Shown: positions 57,652-64,000 of the stretch, in pieces | How positions within the stretch are numbered: position 1 is the stretch's first letter | How the letters are laid out: each line of letters starts with the position of its first letter | From: Trueperaceae bacterium | GTDB lineage: Bacteria > Deinococcota > Deinococci > Deinococcales > Trueperaceae | DNA: 64,000 nt | Reading direction: 5' to 3' | Assembly: GCA_034520945.1 (NCBI GenBank) | Contig: JAXHNB010000006.1 | Span: forward strand, 1-64,000 | Position numbers and translations under genes: made by a program | Notes under the pieces: model-generated | What the model was told of the DNA's origin: nothing | The model's input: the letters and a program-made list of their open reading frames with translations, nothing else | Database searches by the model: none

Positions 57652-58359
57652 ATGGACACCGTGCAGGTCAGCATGAAGATCAAGCGCTTCGATCCCGACA
57701 AGGACACGAAGTCGCACTGGGAGGAGTACCGCGTCGAGGCGCGCCCCACCGACCGCGTGTTGGACGTCCTGCACCACATCAAGTGGGAGCTCGACGGCAC
57801 GTTGACCTTTCGCCGCAGCTGCGCCCACGGCATCTGCGGCAGCGACGCCATGATGATCAACGGCGTGAACCGCCTGGCCTGCAAGCTGCTGGTGCGCGAC
57901 GTCGGCACCGACGTGCGCATCGAGCCGCTCCGCGGCCTGCCGGTCATCAAGGACATGATCGTGGACATGGACCCGTTCTTCGAGTCGTACGAAGCGGTGC
58001 TGCCGTACTTCGTCAACGACGACCCCGCCCCCGGCGCCGAGCGGTACCAGAGCCCCGAGGACCGCGAGCGCTTCGACGACACCACCAAGTGCATTCTCTG
58101 CGCCGCCTGCACCACCAGCTGCCCGGTGTTCTGGACCAACGAGAGCTACATCGGCCCGGCCGCGATCGTGAACGCGCACCGCTTCATCTTCGACTCGCGC
58201 GATCAGGGCGCCGACGCGCGCCTGGAGGTGTTGGGGCAGGCCAACGGCCTGTGGCGCTGCCGCACCGCCTACAACTGCACCGAGGCGTGCCCCCGCGACA
58301 TTCCCGTCACCCGCGCCATCCAAGAGGTCAAGCGCGAGATGCTGAAGCGCAGCGCCTGA
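57652..58359 (+). CDS. sdhB: Succinate dehydrogenase iron-sulfur subunit
   Basis: RSCAHGICGSD, CILCAACTTSCP, CRTAYNCTEACP. Confidence 0.97.
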   Translation: MDTVQVSMKIKRFDPDKDTKSHWEEYRVEARPTDRVLDVLHHIKWELDGTLTFRRSCAHGICGSDAMMINGVNRLACKLLVRDVGTDVRIEPLRGLPVIKDMIVDMDPFFESYEAVLPYFVNDDPAPGAERYQSPEDRERFDDTTKCILCAACTTSCPVFWTNESYIGPAAIVNAHRFIFDSRDQGADARLEVLGQANGLWRCRTAYNCTEACPRDIPVTRAIQEVKREMLKRSA

Positions 58360-58453
58360 TCCCGTCGCCGACGCGCGCCGGGCTCGGTGCCCGGCGCGCG
58401 TCGTAGCACGTACCGCCGGGCGCGCCACGCGCCCGGCGGTACCTCGCGACGGG

Positions 58454-59206
58454 TCACTGCGCCGTGTACGCCCCGTCGACCAGGTGGTAGGAGCCGCTGA
58501 CGAACGAGGCGTCGTCGGAGGCGAGGAACGCGACCAACGCCGCCACCTCCTCGGGCCGGCCCAGCCGGCCGACCGCGTGCATGCCGGCCAGCGCTTCCTG
58601 CGTCTCCGCGTCGAGGTTCTGGTCGATCAACGGCGTCCGGATGAACGCCGGCCCGACCGCGTTCACGCGCACCCCCTGCCCGCTGTACTCCAGCGCCGCC
58701 GCCTTGGTGAGCCCGACCACGCCGTGCTTGGCGGCGACGTAGGCCGAGGCGGTCGCGAACCCGACGCTGCCGAGAATCGAGGACATGTTGACGATGCTGC
58801 CGCCGCCCCGGGCCAGCATGGCGGGGATCTGGTAGCGCATGCCGTAGAACACGCCGTTCAGGTTCACGTCGATCACCTTGCGCCAGCCGTCCAGCGGGTA
58901 CTCGCCCGCCGGGGCGGCCGGGCCGGCGATGCCGGCGTTGTTCACGGCGACGTCCAGCCCACCGAAGCGGCGGGTGGCCTCCTGCACCATCGCCTCCGCT
59001 TGGGCGGCGTCGGAGACGTCCGCGGCGAAGAATGCGGCGTCGCCGCCGATCTCCTGCGCCACGCGGCGTCCGCCGTCCTCGTCCATGTCCACGATCAGCA
59101 CCTTGGCGCCACCGGCGGCCAGCGTCTTGGCGCAGGCCTCACCGATGCCGCTGCCGCCCCCGGTGACCAGGGCGACCTTGCCGTCGATGTCGTAGCGCGT
59201 GCCCAT
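58454..59206 (-). CDS. SDR family oxidoreductase
   Basis: TGGGSGIG, NNAG, YVAAK. Confidence 0.93.
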   Translation of the reverse strand: MGTRYDIDGKVALVTGGGSGIGEACAKTLAAGGAKVLIVDMDEDGGRRVAQEIGGDAAFFAADVSDAAQAEAMVQEATRRFGGLDVAVNNAGIAGPAAPAGEYPLDGWRKVIDVNLNGVFYGMRYQIPAMLARGGGSIVNMSSILGSVGFATASAYVAAKHGVVGLTKAAALEYSGQGVRVNAVGPAFIRTPLIDQNLDAETQEALAGMHAVGRLGRPEEVAALVAFLASDDASFVSGSYHLVDGAYTAQ

Positions 59207-59356
59207 GATGAGCCTCCTTGCGCCCCAGGAACGTACGGGGCGTTCTGGACCCATCGTCGCGCGATCGGGTCGGCACGGCGAGAGGCGGACGTCCCCCGAA
59301 CCCCGTGCCACGAGCTCGCGCCGGCATGGCGCAGCCGGCGCAGCCGCCCAGCGGGC

Positions 59357-60112
59357 TCACTCCGGCGCGATGGTGCCGGCCGTCACGCCGTAGGAGAGGG
59401 CGGGCTCGTCCTCGCCGACGTAGACGTTGACCGTGCGGGAGCGTCCCGGGTTCATGGTGTCGGCCACCACCGCCTCGAAGCTGGTGCGGCCCGCGGTCTC
59501 GTCGGTCAGGGTGACGGTGACCTCCGCCCCGCAGCCGTAGGCGTCCAGCAGCTCGCGGCTCACCGCCACGTGCGTCCAGGGTTCCAACACGACCCCGCAG
59601 GCGCCGGCGCCGCCGGTCACGAAGCTGAACCCGACGCGGCCCAGCTCGACCGGTTCCGAGGTGGGCACCGGCGGTGCCTCGGCGGCCGGAACGTCGGGAT
59701 TGGGCCGGCCGCCTTCCAGCGTGAGTTCCTGTGGACCGCCGTCCTCGCCGTCCGCCGCGTCGTCCTCGTCGGGATCGGCGGCAGCCGCGCTGGGGCCGTC
59801 GTCGGCGGCGTCCTGTCCGTCCTGATCGCCGTTCCCGTCCCCGTCCTGCTCGGCGCCGTCCGGCGGCAGGGCGACCACGCCGTCGTTCCCGTCCGCACCG
59901 TCGCCGTCCTCCTCGTCGGGGGATACCGGCACGATGCCGCCGTCTTCGCCGCCCCCGGCATCCGGCTCCGAGGAGGACGCGTCCTGGCCGCGCGACCCAC
60001 CCGCCTGCGTGGGGGCCGGGTCGCTCCCCAACGAGAACAGGGTCCACACGATCGCACCGGCCACCACCACCAAGCCGATGATCAACGCGAGGTCGATCAC
60101 GCGGCGGGTCAT
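59357..60112 (-). CDS. Membrane-anchored protein with acidic linker and C-terminal RlpA/expansin-like double-psi beta-barrel
   Basis: N-terminal TM; D/G/P-rich linker; GACG..VAVS..CG..VTV..VVAD. Confidence 0.65.
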   Translation of the reverse strand: MTRRVIDLALIIGLVVVAGAIVWTLFSLGSDPAPTQAGGSRGQDASSSEPDAGGGEDGGIVPVSPDEEDGDGADGNDGVVALPPDGAEQDGDGNGDQDGQDAADDGPSAAAADPDEDDAADGEDGGPQELTLEGGRPNPDVPAAEAPPVPTSEPVELGRVGFSFVTGGAGACGVVLEPWTHVAVSRELLDAYGCGAEVTVTLTDETAGRTSFEAVVADTMNPGRSRTVNVYVGEDEPALSYGVTAGTIAPE

Positions 60113-60241
60113 CGGACGCCTCCAGGGATCAGGGCCATGAAGGCATGATCCCAGGCCGGGCGCGATCCTGCAACGCGCCGTGGTACGGGGCGCGCCGGCC
60201 CAGCGTCGAATGCCGTGCAGCACGCACCGCCCCGCCAGCGT

Positions 60242-60955
60242 TCACGCGCCCTCCTCCAGCGCCACGGCGTCGCGCAGGCCCCACGGGTTGCGGCCCCGGA
60301 ACGCCCAGACCGCCGCCACCAGGGCCACCGACGCCACCGCCGAGATCGCCAACGAGCCGATCAGGCCCAGGTTGAAGCCGCGGCCCAGCGTGGTGAACGC
60401 CAGCGTGGACGGGATCAGGCCGAAGAACGTCGCGGGCGCGTAGACGCGGACCGGCACGGCGCTCACCCCTGCGGCGTAACTGATGGCGTCGAACGGAAAC
60501 AGCGGGATGGCGCGGCTCGCGAAGATGACCCATCCCAGCGGGCGCACCCCGCTCGGGTCACGGAACACCACCACGCGCCCCACCAACAGTCGCATGATGC
60601 CGCGTCCCAGGCTGCGCCCCAGGGCGTACGCCGCCATCGCGCCCAGAAAGTTGCCCAGCACCGTGTACGCGGTGGCCGGTCCGATCCCGAACGCGGCGCC
60701 GGCCGCGACGGCCAGGGGCACGCCCGGGATCTGGCTCACCACCACCGCCACCGCCACCGCCAGCACGAACACGACGGGGGCCCGCCAGCCGAGGTCGCTC
60801 AGCAGACGCTGCATGCCCTCGGCCGTGAACGGGTCGAACGGCGTGGCGGAGCGCAGCCAGGCCAAGCCGGCCAGGATCGCGACCAGCACCACTAAGGCCG
60901 CCAGGTTGGCCGGCGTGAACAGCGTGCGCAGGCGTCGTCGCCATCGCGGAGGCAC
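60242..60955 (-). CDS. TVP38/TMEM64 (DedA superfamily) membrane protein
   Basis: IPGVPLAVAAGAAFG, YALGRSLGR, RAIPLFPFDAISYAAG. Confidence 0.9.
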   Translation of the reverse strand: MPPRWRRRLRTLFTPANLAALVVLVAILAGLAWLRSATPFDPFTAEGMQRLLSDLGWRAPVVFVLAVAVAVVVSQIPGVPLAVAAGAAFGIGPATAYTVLGNFLGAMAAYALGRSLGRGIMRLLVGRVVVFRDPSGVRPLGWVIFASRAIPLFPFDAISYAAGVSAVPVRVYAPATFFGLIPSTLAFTTLGRGFNLGLIGSLAISAVASVALVAAVWAFRGRNPWGLRDAVALEEGA

Positions 60956-61036
60956 GTCCGGATGCTACCCGGGCGGTGGACCCCAGCGGGCGTCGTGGAC
61001 GTGGGCGGGCGCGGGCGGCGGTGCTACCCTACGCCG

Positions 61037-61982
61037 GTGAGCGTCTTGTTGCTGGTGGCGGGGATCGCCATGCTGGTCGTGGGCGGAGACGTGCTGGTGC
61101 GGAGCGCTGCGGCCCTGGCGGTCCGCCTGGGTGTGAGTTCGTTGGTGATCGGCCTCACCGTGGTGGCGTTCGGGACCAGCGCCCCGGAGTTGGCCGCCAC
61201 GCTGGTGTCCAGCCTGCGCGGCGTCCCCGACCTGGGGGTCGGCAACGTGCTGGGCTCCAACGTGGCCAACGTGGGGTTGATCCTGGGGCTGACCGCGATG
61301 ATCGCCCCGATCGCCAGCAGCGCCAGCCTGGTCCGGCGCGAACTGCCGGTGGTGGTCGCTACCATGCTGCTGCTGTTCCCCCTGATGTGGAACGGCGTGC
61401 TGGGCCGGCTGGAAGGGGCGCTGTTGCTGGTACTGCTGGTCGGCTACCTGGGGATCATGGTGTGGCAGGACGAGGGGGCCCTGGACGAGGAACTTCCCAG
61501 CGACGCGGACCAGGTGCCGACGTGGCGGGCGGCGGGGGGCGCGGCGGTGGGGATCCTGCTGCTGGTCGCTGGCGCGGAGCTGCTGGTGCGCGGCGCGGTC
61601 GACATCGCCAGCGCCCTCGGCGTGTCCGAGCGGGTGATCGGGCTGACCATGGTGGCGGTCGGCACCAGCCTGCCGGAGTTGGCCAGCGCGCTGGCGGCCG
61701 CGGCAAGGCGCCAAGGGACGATGATCCTGGGCAACGTGGCCGGGTCCAACATCTTCAACGTACTGGCCGTGTTGGGTGCCACCTCGGCGATCACGCCGAT
61801 CCCGATCGATCGGGCCGCCGTGTTCGGCGACCTGGCGGTCGCGACCGCGTTCTCGCTGGCGCTGCTGCCGATGATGGGGTTGCGGGCCGGCCTGGGCAAG
61901 AAGCGGGGCGCGCTTCCTGTTGGCGGCCTACCTGGCGTACGTGGCGGTCGTCTACCTGCAGCGCGTCCCGCAGGGGGGCTGA
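61037..61982 (+). CDS. Ca2+/Na+ antiporter (YrbG family); +1 frameshift near 61915 before the last helix
   Basis: GTSAPE/GNVLGSNVAN and GTSLPE/GNVAGSNIFN repeats; final helix LLAAYLAYVAVV lies in a shifted frame ending TGA 61982. Confidence 0.88.
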
Positions 61983-62022
61983 GCGACGGGTCCGGCGGCG
62001 CGCCCGCCCGAGGGTGCGCGGG

Positions 62023-62406
62023 TCAGTCGCACAGCGCAACGGCCTCCATCTCGACCGACACGTCGAACGGCAGCCGCGCCACCTCCACGGCCGTCCGGGC
62101 CGGCGGCGCGTCCGGGAACGTCTCGGCGTAGACGGCGTTGACCCGGCCAAAGTCCGCCATGTTCTGGAGGTACACGTTCACCTTGACCACTCGGGAGGGG
62201 TCCGATCCGCCCGCCCGCAGCACCGCCCGCAGGTTGGCCAGCACCTGCTGCGTCTGCGCCTCCACGTCGCCTTCGACCTGCGTCCCGCCGGGCGTCAGCG
62301 GGATCTGGCCGGCCGTGAACAACAGGTTCCCGGCGCGGACGGCCTGCGAGTAGGGGCCGACGGCGGCGGGGGCGGCATCGGTTTGGATGATGCGTCGGTC
62401 GCTCAT
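62023..62406 (-). CDS. ridA: RidA family reactive enamine deaminase
   Basis: APAAVGPYSQA, AGQIP, PARTAVEVARLP, VEMEA. Confidence 0.93.
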   Translation of the reverse strand: MSDRRIIQTDAAPAAVGPYSQAVRAGNLLFTAGQIPLTPGGTQVEGDVEAQTQQVLANLRAVLRAGGSDPSRVVKVNVYLQNMADFGRVNAVYAETFPDAPPARTAVEVARLPFDVSVEMEAVALCD

Positions 62407-62477
62407 GCCGACGAGGATAGCAAGCGCTGCACGCGGTCGCGTGCGACCTGCGCGAGGCCGACAGCGTCCGCGCCGGC

Positions 62478-63446
62478 TCAGCGCACCAGCAGGAACGCCA
62501 GCAGCAACAAGAACAGGTACAGCGAGCCCAGGATCCACAAGCGGTAGGGGTACCACGACTGCCGCCTCGCCCACCGCAGCGGTCCGCGGCCCGGGTAGCG
62601 GTCCTCCACCTGACGGATCCCGCTGAGCGTGTCGCCCACGTCGACCGTCCAGGGCACCGCGGCCGGCAGCTCGTAGGGGCGCGGCCCGTGTTGCGCCGCG
62701 TCCACCACCGCCACCGCGGCCGTGACGTTGTCCGGGCTGCCGCGGGCGTCGGCGGCGTCCAGCAGCCGGGCGACGACCTCGTCCGGGGCGCCCTCCGCGA
62801 GCATTTCGGCCAACTCGCCCTCGGGGATCAGCGCCGTCACGCCGTCGCTGGCGACCAACAGCCGATCGCCGGCCTGCAGCGCGACGTGCGCCAAATCCAG
62901 TCGGAAGCGGTCGGTGGCGCCGAGGGCGTTGGTGATCACGTTGCGCCAGCGGTGCTGCCGCGCCTCCTCTTCGGAGAGGAGCCCCTGCCGGACGCGCTCG
63001 GCGACCCAACTGTGATCCTCGGTCAGGGGGTGGAGCGCGCCGTCGCGCCACAGGTACGCGCGCGAGTCGCCCACGTGCGCGATCAGGCCGATGTCGTCGT
63101 CGATCAGCACGGCGGTGAGCGTGGTGCCCATCCCCTCGTGCTTCGGGTCGGCGCGCGCGTGCGCCAGCACCTCGTGGTTGGCGCGCTGCAACGCCCGCGC
63201 CAGCGCCGCGGGCGGATGCGCGCGGGACGACGCCAGTTGTGCCCGGATCGCCTCGGTGGCCTGGGCGCTGGCGACCTCGCCCGTTTGGTGCCCGCCCATG
63301 CCGTCCGCCACCAGCAGCAGGGTGCGCGCGCCCACCTCGCCGGCGAAGTGGGCGTCCTGGTTCACGCTGCGGACGTGGCCGGGACGGCTGGCGCCGGACA
63401 CGCGGATGCGCGTCCCGAGTTCGTCGGCCTGGGCGGGCGTGGACAT
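62478..63446 (-). CDS. PP2C-family Ser/Thr protein phosphatase with C-terminal TM
   Basis: RSVNQD, VADGMGGH, MGTT, HVGDSRAY, ASDG, DNVT. Confidence 0.93.
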   Translation of the reverse strand: MSTPAQADELGTRIRVSGASRPGHVRSVNQDAHFAGEVGARTLLLVADGMGGHQTGEVASAQATEAIRAQLASSRAHPPAALARALQRANHEVLAHARADPKHEGMGTTLTAVLIDDDIGLIAHVGDSRAYLWRDGALHPLTEDHSWVAERVRQGLLSEEEARQHRWRNVITNALGATDRFRLDLAHVALQAGDRLLVASDGVTALIPEGELAEMLAEGAPDEVVARLLDAADARGSPDNVTAAVAVVDAAQHGPRPYELPAAVPWTVDVGDTLSGIRQVEDRYPGRGPLRWARRQSWYPYRLWILGSLYLFLLLLAFLLVR

Positions 63447-63543
63447 ACCGGCACAGGCTACGCCCACGGCGGTCCGTGGGGCATGAAACTCCGCACGTTC
63501 ACGCCTGAGTGGGGCCGTGCGGGACGGTGCTATGCTCGCGGTC

Positions 63544-64000
63544 ATGCCTGCTGGGACCCGCGCGCTTTCCGCCCACGAGATCCACCGGCGCATCGCGGCC
63601 GGGGAAGTGACCGCTCGCGGTGTCGCCGAGGCGGCGCTGGCCGAGGCCGAGCGGGTGCAGGCCCGAAGCAACGCGTTCGTGACCCTCACGCCCGACGCGG
63701 CGCTGCATGCCGCGGACGCCGTCGACGAGGCGGTGCGCGCCGGCGACCCGCTGCCGCCGCTGGCCGGGGTGCCCTACGCCGCCAAGGACAACCTGGCCCG
63801 CGGGGGGGCGCCCACCACGGCGGGCGCGCGCGTCCTGCGCGATTTCGAATCGCCGTATCAGGCGACGGTCATCGCCCGGCTCGAGGCGGCCGGCGCCGTC
63901 CCGATCGGCAAGACCAACCTGGACGCGTTCGGGATGGGGAGTAGCACCGAAGCATCCGACTTCGGCCCCGTCCTCAACCCCTGGAACGACCAACGGGTCG
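63544..64000 (+). CDS. gatA: Asp/Glu-tRNA amidotransferase subunit A (runs off window end)
   Basis: PLAGVPYAAKDN, TTAG, IGKTNLDAFGMGSSTE, NPW; another amidase-family gene not fully excluded. Confidence 0.82.
   Translation, partial: MPAGTRALSAHEIHRRIAAGEVTARGVAEAALAEAERVQARSNAFVTLTPDAALHAADAVDEAVRAGDPLPPLAGVPYAAKDNLARGGAPTTAGARVLRDFESPYQATVIARLEAAGAVPIGKTNLDAFGMGSSTEASDFGPVLNPWNDQRV

Noticed and set aside
61983..62131. Antiporter C-terminal extension overlapping ridA
   Set aside because: Artefact of the frameshift near 61915; the true last helix ends at 61982
642..62547. Many long antisense or alternate-frame ORFs (e.g. 642-2708 +, 8241-10661 +, 30553-33438 -, 38212-41790 +, 52336-55014 +)
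   Set aside because: Shadows of real genes in high-GC DNA; Arg/Gly/Pro-rich with no motifs
45046..64000. gatA and gatB not in one operon
   Set aside because: Dispersed gat genes are common in this lineage

Overview
GC-rich (roughly 70%, by eye) bacterial chromosomal window. Protein similarities (ba3 oxidase with subunit IIa, Thermus-like SdhC, EF-G2, split gatA/gatB) and a pervasive leaderless TANNNT-N5-8-ATG/GTG architecture point to Deinococcota, probably Trueperaceae-like (inference). From 1 to 12 kb is an accessory-looking region: vapBC, cysQ-cysD-cysNC with a divergent Rrf2 regulator, a Fic protein, an M42 peptidase, three orphan antitoxins and a large TPR protein. Then come wzz-rmlDCBA, a cell-envelope/division block (amidase, YhcB-like, ftsX-envC, a STAND-fused class III cyclase), glyA, and a SARP/BTAD-ATPase-TPR regulator with an astacin lipoprotein. 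The second half holds a ba3-type oxidase operon whose subunit II is fused to a cytochrome c552-like domain, EF-G2, an intact but apparently catalytically dead HemC homolog, metK, gatB, dps, cytochrome P460, folE, a split Fe3+ ABC transporter with two IscR-like boxes, sdhCDAB and a partial gatA. Three conserved genes (cysQ, rmlA, a Ca2+/Na+ antiporter) carry single frameshifts, probably sequencing errors. No rRNA, tRNA, CRISPR array or transposase was recognised. All family calls are from motif recognition by eye, with no database searches.
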